Of a stretch of DNA of 48,688 nt, positions 7,367-14,858 are shown one piece after another. The notes under the pieces were generated by a model. That model was not told the DNA's origin, did not search any database, and saw only the letters and a list, made by a program, of their open reading frames with translations. A program made the position numbers and the translations under genes. Position 1 is the stretch's first letter. Each line of letters opens with the position of its first letter. Source of the DNA: Gammaproteobacteria bacterium (GTDB lineage Bacteria; Pseudomonadota; Gammaproteobacteria; SZUA-229); the NCBI GenBank assembly GCA_041589615.1, contig JBFHVK010000001.1:1-48688 (forward strand), in the 5' to 3' direction.

Positions 7367-7519
7367 CTGCGGAGCAGGCTTCCCATTCTTGTTTATTGTT
7401 TTTCTTCTTTCTCTTGCTTCTCTTAAGAATAGTTCTGTTAGAACAAACAAGATCGAAGAGCTAAACACTTAAGGATAATATATAAATACACATACAATGC
7501 TTAAGCATTCAGACAAGAC

Positions 7520-7546
7520 AAAGCCCCTAATACTTCTAGGGGCTTT
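7520..7546 (-). terminator. Intrinsic terminator after the first early unit (stem AAAGCCCCTA / TAGGGGCTTT)
   Basis: 10-bp perfect stem with a 7-nt loop, followed on the minus strand by TTTGTCTTGTCT. It lies 19 nt downstream of the stop at 7565. Confidence 0.7.
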
Positions 7547-7564
7547 ATCATTTACAACATTAGG

Positions 7565-8113
7565 TTATGCCGCTTGTTGGTCTTGTTCTTCAACCCCTTC
7601 AATCATTTCTTCAAAGTTACACAAGGCCAGCACTTGCTTAATGGTGACATCATTAACATGCACTTGAATCTTATCAGCATCATCGGGGTTTGCCTCAACC
7701 ATTTTCATAGCCTTAGCATGTTGAGCTAACACATTCTTCAAGGCTTGCTCAAGATCAAAACCTTTATAGGGATTCTTTTTCTTCAAGTCCCACCACATAG
7801 TGGCCTTGGCCGCTTCAAAGTGTTCTTTGACATGTTCCTTACCAGACCATCCGCTGAAACCTTTACCATCTTCAACCTTGAGCCCACCGAATTGAACAAA
7901 CCATTCGACTAAGGCTTGGCCGTTGATAGTATTACCTAACCCATCGACCAAGGTTTGTGCGAATGTCCAATCACCATGATCGTAGGCATGTTTGATAGTT
8001 GCGACCGCTGCAATCTGTACCATATCACGCGCTTTGTTCACTGAATTAACAGCACGCTTTTGGATACGTGACAGCTCAGCAGCATCTTTAGCAAAGATAT
8101 ATTTGATAGCCAT
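7565..8113 (-). CDS. Hypothetical early protein (182 aa)
   Basis: I prefer the ATG at 8113 (MAIKYIFAKD), preceded by GGAGGT. The track start at 8197 would overlap the upstream gene. Confidence 0.65.
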   Translation of the reverse strand: MAIKYIFAKDAAELSRIQKRAVNSVNKARDMVQIAAVATIKHAYDHGDWTFAQTLVDGLGNTINGQALVEWFVQFGGLKVEDGKGFSGWSGKEHVKEHFEAAKATMWWDLKKKNPYKGFDLEQALKNVLAQHAKAMKMVEANPDDADKIQVHVNDVTIKQVLALCNFEEMIEGVEEQDQQAA

Positions 8114-8138
8114 GTTTGTTACCTCCAGTTTGTTTGGG

Positions 8139-8372
8139 TTATGCCTTAGCAGTTGGGATATTCTTATACCAACCAGCCAAGTTATGCTTAGCACCACGAT
8201 AAACGTGGGTATTCATGCGCTTAAGCTCTTTGCGTGACTCAATGGTGTTAAGCTCATTAAGTACAGCAATCTTTTTGAACTTGTTTGCAATCTTGCTACC
8301 CTTTGGACGCATGTCTTTTAGTGTGCCATCGGGGTTAACAGGGTTAATGCGTGGTTTCTTTTGGAAGGCCAT
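8139..8372 (-). CDS. Basic early protein (77 aa), first gene of the minus arm
   Basis: I prefer the ATG at 8372 (MAFQKKPRINP), preceded by GAGAGGTGA, over the GTG at 8381. The protein is Lys/Arg-rich. Confidence 0.6.
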   Translation of the reverse strand: MAFQKKPRINPVNPDGTLKDMRPKGSKIANKFKKIAVLNELNTIESRKELKRMNTHVYRGAKHNLAGWYKNIPTAKA

Positions 8373-8421
8373 TTTATTCACCTCTCTAGATTTTTAATAA
8401 GCACTCATTGAATGCCTATTA

Positions 8422-8439
8422 AGAATCTAGATAGATTCT
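8422..8439. promoter_or_regulatory. Perfect palindrome AGAATCTA-GA-TAGATTCT, about 50 nt upstream of the first early gene
   Basis: Read directly; 8-bp arms. The position is operator-like. Confidence 0.45.
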
Positions 8440-9136
8440 CGCTGGCTATGGTTGGCCAGACTTAGCAGGGCCAGTGCCTAAGCACTAACAACTACTCCCC
8501 AGTTATCCTCTAGCTATCCACGGTTGCTAATCGCTTCAATCTAGCCATTGTATGGGCACTAGGTAGGCCCCCTAACTACTCTTCTTCCCCTAGCAGGCTG
8601 GGGTAATAACATAGGCCGTATTTAGCCGAGGACTACAAACTGTCCTGAAGTCATCAAACCTTTCGTTTAGCCACCATCCCAAAGGGACAGCTATCAAACT
8701 ACTTAGCCCAACGCCTAACACTCTCTGTTAAGTACAGTTATCGACCGTTGCCGCTAGTCAGTAGGCCCGTTTGCCTTTGACGCTTACCATTCTACAGCAA
8801 TCTAACTTATTGTCAACCTAGCATCTTGTGTTAGACATTGGCCCTAAGGCTTACCCTAACGTGCAATGGCTGGCGTGTACCGTTATCCGCCTGACTAAGC
8901 CCCCTAGGCTTAAGCCGTCACACTTGACGCTTGATTGACATACTACACAAGGTAGTTAAGTTAGTCAACCACCTGTTAGCTGTCTGGCTAGGCCATGTCG
9001 CTAATCAGTGAGGCCATCCTACATAGACGGGATAAGGTAGTCAACACTGGTAATTTATACAGGCATTGTTAGGCGTATATATAGAAGCACTCGCGTACGC
9101 ACAGACAATACCCACTATACATACTCGCCCCGTCAG

Positions 9137-9152
9137 GGGCATATAAGCTAGA
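9137..9152 (+). promoter_or_regulatory. GGGGCATATAAGCTAG: copy of the GGGKC(T)ATATAAG motif, facing the structural arm
   Basis: Shares GGGNCATATAAG with 7339 and 16868 and is preceded by hairpin GCCCC-GTCA-GGGGC (9127..9140). Confidence 0.4.
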
Positions 9153-9364
9153 GCCCAGTAAATACGGGGGTGTGATGTGGTAGATGGTGGGGGAGTGTAA
9201 TACACCCCGTCCCTACCTGGGCCAATACCATGTATACACATGTATACTTATGGATGAATCCTGAATGTCTCGCCCGAAGGGCTTAATAAGCTGTACATAC
9301 GTACAGCGAGTATGTCCTAAGGGGGTACAAGGGGGGAAGGGGGTTAGTTCTATAGTGCAATACC

Positions 9365-9430
9365 CCTCAAAAATTTCTAGGGGAAATTACAGTCCCCCTA
9401 AAATTTCTAATAGAAATTACCCCCTCTCAA
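9365..9430. promoter_or_regulatory. Tandem ~31-nt units CCCCTMAAAATTTCTA..GAAATTAC, two copies, the second holding perfect palindrome AATTTCTA-A-TAGAAATT (9402..9418)
   Basis: These units share the TAATTT-N-TAGAAAWWTTT core of motif copies A-C (minus-strand reading). A TTGAGA hexamer lies 15 nt upstream of the second TAGAAA. Confidence 0.5.
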
Positions 9431-9601
9431 GAATTCCCAGTATGTTCCTGTCGTTAAGCTTAAGGATAAGCTTATGTTCCCTAAGAGTAGCACGAAGTTA
9501 TTCCTAAGGGTAAACGAAGAGGAGCTATTAAGTTGGCTAGCGCCAACGAGAATACCTATAGAATTAGGTATGCAATAAACGACGAAGCGATAGCTGAGTC
9601 A

Positions 9602-9615
9602 TAAGACATGTCTTA
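9602..9615. promoter_or_regulatory. Perfect 14-bp palindrome TAAGACATGTCTTA abutting the SD of the first tail-fibre gene
   Basis: Read directly. SD AGGAG starts at 9615 and the ATG is at 9628. Confidence 0.4.
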
Positions 9616-9627
9616 GGAGAAAACCGA

Positions 9628-10251
9628 ATGACCGACATTACTTTAAGCACTATCACAAGTGGGTATAACGTCTCTAAGATCAATACCAACTTTGAGAAGC
9701 TTGAGCAAGTGGTTAATGATGAAGTGTTACACCGAGTAGGTGGTAATAACGTCATGAACCAACACTTGGATATGAACGGCTATTCTATTCTTAATATTGG
9801 TGTTGATGAGAACTCACCAGATAGCTTCATTACATTAGGAGCTGCTGACCTGAGGTATTACAATGTCAGTGGGGATAAGCTCACTGGCCCTATGGATGTG
9901 GATGGGCAACAAGTAGTTAACCTACCAGCCCCTACACTTTCTCATCAAGCTGCTAGAAAGCAGGATGTGGATACAGTACAAGCTAATGCGGAAGCTCTTG
10001 TTGCCGCTGAAGCTGATGTACGATTGGCAACAGATAATAGCTTACAGAATCAGATTCTTGGGCTAGTGGCTGTACCAGCCAGTCCCTTTGCTGCTGTATC
10101 ATGGCATGACCAAGTAATTAACGACACCTTCACTATTCCCCCTAACAAGAATGCTTGGTCATTTGGCCCAGAGCTTTCTATTGGCGTAGGTGGTGAAGTG
10201 GTGGTCGGTAGTGGTTCCTTTTGGACTATTGCGAATGGAGAGTTAGTTTAA
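9628..10251 (+). CDS. Tail fibre / receptor-binding protein, proximal part
   Basis: 207 aa with SD TAGGAGAAAA. The segment NVMNQHLDMNGYSILNIG..LRYYN resembles N-terminal regions of phage fibre and spike proteins (my recognition). It is the first gene of the plus arm. Confidence 0.65.
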   Translation: MTDITLSTITSGYNVSKINTNFEKLEQVVNDEVLHRVGGNNVMNQHLDMNGYSILNIGVDENSPDSFITLGAADLRYYNVSGDKLTGPMDVDGQQVVNLPAPTLSHQAARKQDVDTVQANAEALVAAEADVRLATDNSLQNQILGLVAVPASPFAAVSWHDQVINDTFTIPPNKNAWSFGPELSIGVGGEVVVGSGSFWTIANGELV

Positions 10252-10661
10252 TGTCTAAGATTAGAGTAGATGAAATTGCTACGTTGGATAATAGCATTAT
10301 TGTCCCACTAGCAGAGGTTGTATTGGATGCTGATCTAGCTCCATACATCAAACCAGATAGTCCTACAGGGGCTATTACAATTCCTGTCGGCACTACAGCA
10401 GAACGTCCTGCTAATGGTGTCGGTAAGTTTCGATATAACAGTACGCTAGGAAGGCCAGAGGTTAATAATGGCACCTCTTGGGGTAGCTTAGGTGGTGCCA
10501 CTGGTGCCGGTAGTGATGATGTGTTCTATGAGAACAGTAAGACCATCACAGCAAGCTACACTGTTTCAACCAATAAGAATGCAATGACAGCAGGGCCGGT
10601 AACATTAGATGTTGGTGTGTCGGTAACAGTACCGGCTGGCAGTGCATGGACAGTGGTATAA
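10251..10661 (+). CDS. Tail fibre protein
   Basis: I prefer the ATG at 10251 (MSKIRVDEIATLD) with a TAATG junction. The motif IPVGTTAERPANGVGKFRYNSTLGRPEV..WGSLGG is common in fibre proteins. Confidence 0.65.
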   Translation: MSKIRVDEIATLDNSIIVPLAEVVLDADLAPYIKPDSPTGAITIPVGTTAERPANGVGKFRYNSTLGRPEVNNGTSWGSLGGATGAGSDDVFYENSKTITASYTVSTNKNAMTAGPVTLDVGVSVTVPAGSAWTVV

Positions 10662-10670
10662 GGAGAGAAT

Positions 10671-11264
10671 ATGTCTACAACAATTAGATCAGAAACCACT
10701 CGCTCAGTAGTAGTGGTAAATGGTGTGGATGTATTGAGCGTCAAGCCAGATGGTAACTTAGATATCCTAACTACCACTGGACTCACTGACACTCATATCC
10801 CATTGATGAAGCAGTTTAGTGCAATTAGTACAACTAGCGGTACTTTTCAAGACCAATTGAATATTCCGAGTTGGGCTAAGAAGATAACTATTAGTCTTAA
10901 CGGAGTGAGCACGAACGGTGTTAGTAACTTGCAATTACAGCTAGGAACTTCAAGCGGGCTTGAAAGCACCGGATACGTCGGCGGCGCGGAGCTTAACGCC
11001 ACCGCCACCGTAAACACGACCGGTATTCAACTTACCCGCGCAACAGGGGCAAGTAGTGCGACCGACGTTAATATTACCCTTCACAAACACACTGGCAATA
11101 CTTGGGTAGCTGCTGGCACCTGCTACATAGCGGACGTTCTGCGTGTGGGCTATATCAATGGCAAGAAGTCTTTATCTGGCACCCTAGACCGCATCCGCCT
11201 AACTACAGTAAACGGCACAGACGTATTCGATGCCGGTTCATTCTCAGTATTAGTGGAGGGCTAA
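10671..11264 (+). CDS. Tail fibre distal / receptor-recognition protein
   Basis: 197 aa, Ser/Thr/Gly/Asn-rich. GC content rises sharply from about nt 10950. Confidence 0.55.
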   Translation: MSTTIRSETTRSVVVVNGVDVLSVKPDGNLDILTTTGLTDTHIPLMKQFSAISTTSGTFQDQLNIPSWAKKITISLNGVSTNGVSNLQLQLGTSSGLESTGYVGGAELNATATVNTTGIQLTRATGASSATDVNITLHKHTGNTWVAAGTCYIADVLRVGYINGKKSLSGTLDRIRLTTVNGTDVFDAGSFSVLVEG

Positions 11265-11265
11265 G

Positions 11266-11718
11266 ATGAGTATTGTTAAAACAGCAAAAGTACAAACAGG
11301 CATTAGCACTACCTCTACTAATAACTTCCACACTCGCGCACCAGAAGATGGCACCTTAAGGATTAGTCGCGGCAACGCTGAATCGCCAATCTCTGACGTG
11401 CTGACTGTTGGCGCTGACGGTTCAATTACGGGCGCAGTTTATGGGCTTAAAACACTGCAAGACGTTACAGGCCTACGAAACCCAAACATCGTATACACAA
11501 ACAGCAAGCCTTACCCTATTGACGTCGTTGTGAATGTCTCAATCGCCAACACAAACACCTTTACGCGGCTTGTTGTTGATGGTGTTGATTTTTCAAAAAC
11601 AACTGCCCCCGGAAGCGGAACGTATACCTATGAGTTAAAGGGCGTTGTTCCTCCAAACAAAGGCGTTCAGGTAACTGGCGGAAGTTTCACAATCCAGTCA
11701 TGGCGGGAGTCGCAATAA
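11266..11718 (+). CDS. Tail fibre-associated protein (150 aa)
   Basis: ORF in the GC-rich patch with beta-rich composition. Confidence 0.5.
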   Translation: MSIVKTAKVQTGISTTSTNNFHTRAPEDGTLRISRGNAESPISDVLTVGADGSITGAVYGLKTLQDVTGLRNPNIVYTNSKPYPIDVVVNVSIANTNTFTRLVVDGVDFSKTTAPGSGTYTYELKGVVPPNKGVQVTGGSFTIQSWRESQ

Positions 11719-12158
11719 TGAATTACTTCAAAAAAGACGGCATTGTTTACGCTTTCAGCGACGAGCAGCTGGGGCAAGGCTATGGCTCAGATATGGAGCC
11801 AATGACGTCCGAGGAATTGGACGCCCACCTGAACCCGCCAAAGCCAAAGGAGCAGCTACAGGCTGAATACACGGCTTTCATGCAATCCATCCTAGATGGC
11901 AGGGCTCAGGACTATGGTTATGACAGCGTGGCCACGGCAGTGACATACGCTGAAGAGCCTAGCGTACCTAAGTTCCAAGAGGAAGGCAAGGCATTCCGTT
12001 CGTGGCGCTCTGCTTTCTGGGCTAAGGGGTATGAGATTATGGCACAAGTAGAAGGTGGTGAACGAGGTTTGCCAACTAATGAAGAGCTGCTTGCTGAACT
12101 ACCTACATTCCCACTTGAACCTCAAGAGGAAGCTACAGCAGAGCCGGAGGTAGTATGA
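11718..12158 (+). CDS. Tail-fibre assembly (chaperone)-like protein
   Basis: I prefer the ATG at 11718 (MNYFKKDGIVYAF) with a TAATG junction. The pattern of an early aromatic-rich start, AEYTAFMQSILD..YGYDS and ..LPTNEELLAELP resembles Tfa/DUF4376-type chaperones. Confidence 0.55.
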   Translation: MNYFKKDGIVYAFSDEQLGQGYGSDMEPMTSEELDAHLNPPKPKEQLQAEYTAFMQSILDGRAQDYGYDSVATAVTYAEEPSVPKFQEEGKAFRSWRSAFWAKGYEIMAQVEGGERGLPTNEELLAELPTFPLEPQEEATAEPEVV

Positions 12159-12715
12159 TATACCTTAAATGGCTTGGTCTGTTTGCCCTTGACGTCCTGC
12201 TGCACATCTCTATGCTAATTGTCCCTCAAGTGTTGGCTTTGTTTACAAAAGCACAACCTTACAAAGAGGGGGATGAGGAGTATTCTTGGGGTGGTTGGTG
12301 GGGCACTTATGACAACCCACCTCAAGGTGATGAGGGCTTCGTAGAGAAGCGAGCAACCTTCCCTAATGTAATCACTGGCTGGAAAGGGTATGTCAATCGT
12401 GTCCACTGGATGTGGAGAAATCCATTATACGGTTTCCAGAAGCAAGTGGCGGTGGAGTATGACACAGGCATCTACTTGAAGGTAAAGGGTAACTTAAACA
12501 TCAGTGACAAGTATAAGGTTCCGGGCTACTACTTCGTAAGAGCCTATAAGGACGGTAAGCTTGTTGGTTTTGAGTACTACCTTGTTAAGCCATACAAAGA
12601 GAACAAGTGCATTCGTATCCGACTAGGTTGGAAGTTTGCCACTGATAAGTTTGAACGGTATGGTTTTGCTCAGCTAGTGGACACCATCAATCCAGTTAAG
12701 AAGTACGGAAAATAA
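12155..12715 (+). CDS. Membrane-anchored hypothetical protein (186 aa)
   Basis: N-terminal TM helix LGLFALDVLLHISMLIVPQVLALF; ATGA overlap with the upstream gene. Confidence 0.6.
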   Translation: MIYLKWLGLFALDVLLHISMLIVPQVLALFTKAQPYKEGDEEYSWGGWWGTYDNPPQGDEGFVEKRATFPNVITGWKGYVNRVHWMWRNPLYGFQKQVAVEYDTGIYLKVKGNLNISDKYKVPGYYFVRAYKDGKLVGFEYYLVKPYKENKCIRIRLGWKFATDKFERYGFAQLVDTINPVKKYGK

Positions 12716-12743
12716 AGGAGGGGCCAAGGATGGCCTAACTAAT

Positions 12744-13247
12744 ATGATCGAGAAAGAAAAACTTTTAGATGCTATGGGCCGTCCATTGACTCAGAGCTTG
12801 TTCTTAGAGGTAGGTTACTCTGACTATGCAGTGTACACCTTAAAGGACTATGACCATGAGTATAAGGGCAAGGTATACCCATCGCTTAAGAAGCTCTATC
12901 TGGCCGAGGAAGACCCCACAGAGTATAACTTTGCCACTAAGCACCTGTTAGGTTGGCAGCATTGGAAACGTCTTAATGAAAACAAAGTGCTGGCTAAGCA
13001 TATTGATGAATGGCGAGAAGAGCTTGAGTTGAAGATTCGTTCACAAGCTGTACGTGACATGGTTAGTATGTGTGCCAATGAGGGCGGTAACTTCTCTGCT
13101 GCTAAGTTCTTAGCTGAACGTGGCTGGGATAAGCGACAAGCTGGTCGCCCATCTAAGGCAGAGAAAGAGCGTCATTTACGAGTGGAAGAAAGGATTAACG
13201 AAGAGTTCAGTGCTGACATTAAGCGCATGGGCGACTATAAGAGGTAA
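12744..13247 (+). CDS. terS: Candidate small terminase subunit
   Basis: 167 aa directly upstream of terL, with NFSAAKFLAERGWDKRQAGRPSK, a helix-like DNA-binding tail. There is no SD next to the ATG (see the mini-ORF finding). Confidence 0.55.
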   Translation: MIEKEKLLDAMGRPLTQSLFLEVGYSDYAVYTLKDYDHEYKGKVYPSLKKLYLAEEDPTEYNFATKHLLGWQHWKRLNENKVLAKHIDEWREELELKIRSQAVRDMVSMCANEGGNFSAAKFLAERGWDKRQAGRPSKAEKERHLRVEERINEEFSADIKRMGDYKR

Positions 13248-13250
13248 GGA

Positions 13251-14858
13251 ATGGCTGAAGAAGATTGGTTGGAGGAGGCCAAAAGAAAACTCCAGAGAAT
13301 GCCTAAAGAAGCTCTTGAGGTAAGACAGAGGGCTCTTGAAGACTTATACTTCTTTGCTAAGCTAGTAAACCCCGGATACATGTACGGGGAGGTTCACCGA
13401 GAAGTATTTGCTTGGATGCAAGAGTATACTTTGTTCGGGTATAAGAAGAGCATCACTGGCAACAAGCTAATCATGCTACCTCGTGCTCACCTTAAATCTC
13501 ACATGGTAGCTACTTGGTGTGCTTGGATTATCGCTAGGCACCCTGAGGTGACAATGTTATATGTGTCAGCTACAGCTAGCCTAGCTGAGACCCAGTTGTA
13601 TGCAATTAAGAACATCTTAGCCTCTTCTGTGTTTAACAGGTTCTTCCCTGAGTACATTCACCCACAAGAGGGTAAGAGGGAGAAGTGGTCTTCAACAGCC
13701 CTGTCTGTAGATCACCCACAGCGCCGTGAGGAAGGTATTCGAGATGCCACTATCAGTACAGCAGGCCTAACCACAAACACCACAGGATGGCACGCTGACG
13801 TCATTCTAGCTGATGACTTGGTAGTCCCTGAGAATGCTTACACTGAAGATGGTCGTGACTCTGTAGCTAAGAAAGCATCTCAGTTCACCTCTATCCGTAA
13901 CGCAGGTGGCTTCACAATGGCTTGTGGTACACGATACCACCCAGCAGATATTTATGCCACTTGGCGGGAACAGTTCTATGACGAGTATGATGAAGAGGGT
14001 GTTAAGATTGACACCTTGCCTGTGTGGGAGATCAAGGAGTTTGCTGTAGAGTCAGATGGTATTTTCATCTGGCCTAGGGTTGTACGGGAGGATGGCAAAG
14101 CATTTGGTTTTAACCAGAGCGTACTGTCACGTATTCGAGCTGAGTATATTGACCGAGTGCAGTTCTTTGCTCAGTATTACAATAACCCAAATGACCCCGG
14201 CTCTGATAGGATTAGTAGGGAGAAGTTCCAATACTTCAACCAGCGGCTACTCAAGAAGCAAGGTGGTACTTGGTATTACAATGACAGGAAGCTTAACGTA
14301 TATGCAGCGGTGGACTTTGCGTTCTCCTTGTCCCGTAAAGCTGACTACACTGCCATTGTAGTTATTGGTGTTGACTATGCTGGTAACATCTATGTACTTG
14401 ACATAGACAGATTTAAGTCTGATAAGATTGTGGAATACTTTGAACACATCAAAGAGCTACACTCTAAATGGTGCTTTAGGAAGCTTAATGCAGAAGTGAC
14501 AGTTGCACAGAGAGTGATTGTCAATGGTATTAAAGACTACATCAAGAAAGAGGGTATGACCCTATCAGTACAAGACTTCCAACCCACAAGACGAGAGGGC
14601 AGTAAGGAAGAGCGTATTGCAGCTATCCTTGAGCCACGTTATGATGAGATGATGGTGTGGCACCATGAAGGTGGATGGACGCATGTACTGGAAGAAGAAC
14701 TTGTGCTTGCAAGGCCCGCACATGACGATATTAAAGATAGTTTGGCAAGTGCTGTGAGTATCTCTACAGCCCCTGCAAAAAGCTCATCTAGCTCAGCTAT
14801 GGAGCTTCTGATGGCAACAAACAAGAGATCGAGATTTGGAGGAGTTCAATTTAGATGA
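13251..14858 (+). CDS. terL: Terminase large subunit
   Basis: 535 aa. It has the ATPase segment LPRAHLKSH...ILADDLVVPEN (Walker B-like) and an RNaseH-like nuclease part VYAAVDFAFSLSRKADYTAIVVIGVD. It lies upstream of the portal gene. Confidence 0.9.
   Translation: MAEEDWLEEAKRKLQRMPKEALEVRQRALEDLYFFAKLVNPGYMYGEVHREVFAWMQEYTLFGYKKSITGNKLIMLPRAHLKSHMVATWCAWIIARHPEVTMLYVSATASLAETQLYAIKNILASSVFNRFFPEYIHPQEGKREKWSSTALSVDHPQRREEGIRDATISTAGLTTNTTGWHADVILADDLVVPENAYTEDGRDSVAKKASQFTSIRNAGGFTMACGTRYHPADIYATWREQFYDEYDEEGVKIDTLPVWEIKEFAVESDGIFIWPRVVREDGKAFGFNQSVLSRIRAEYIDRVQFFAQYYNNPNDPGSDRISREKFQYFNQRLLKKQGGTWYYNDRKLNVYAAVDFAFSLSRKADYTAIVVIGVDYAGNIYVLDIDRFKSDKIVEYFEHIKELHSKWCFRKLNAEVTVAQRVIVNGIKDYIKKEGMTLSVQDFQPTRREGSKEERIAAILEPRYDEMMVWHHEGGWTHVLEEELVLARPAHDDIKDSLASAVSISTAPAKSSSSSAMELLMATNKRSRFGGVQFR

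Larger units (their letters stand above)
8373..9627. other. 1.25-kb non-coding hub between the divergent arms (candidate physical genome ends, origin and divergent promoters)
   Basis: Stops are frequent in all six frames and only two short low-complexity ORFs are listed. The region is dense in palindromes, direct repeats and CTAG tetramers. Confidence 0.7.

Noticed and set aside
7283-7468. 61-aa minus-strand ORF, and the 119-aa plus-strand ORF 7000..7359
   Set aside because: The first covers the palindromic promoter-like motif and overlaps the start of 7072..7311. The second is antisense to two coupled genes. Neither has an SD.
9365-9430. Tandem repeats as a CRISPR array
   Set aside because: There are only two adjacent units with no spacers. 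The units have internal dyad symmetry and match a motif dispersed elsewhere, so they look like an operator or promoter, not CRISPR.
9041-9507. ORFs 9041..9241 (minus) and 9265..9507 (plus) inside the non-coding hub
   Set aside because: Their translations are low-complexity and span the tandem repeat units and palindromes. They have no SD. The region is better explained as regulatory or terminal DNA.
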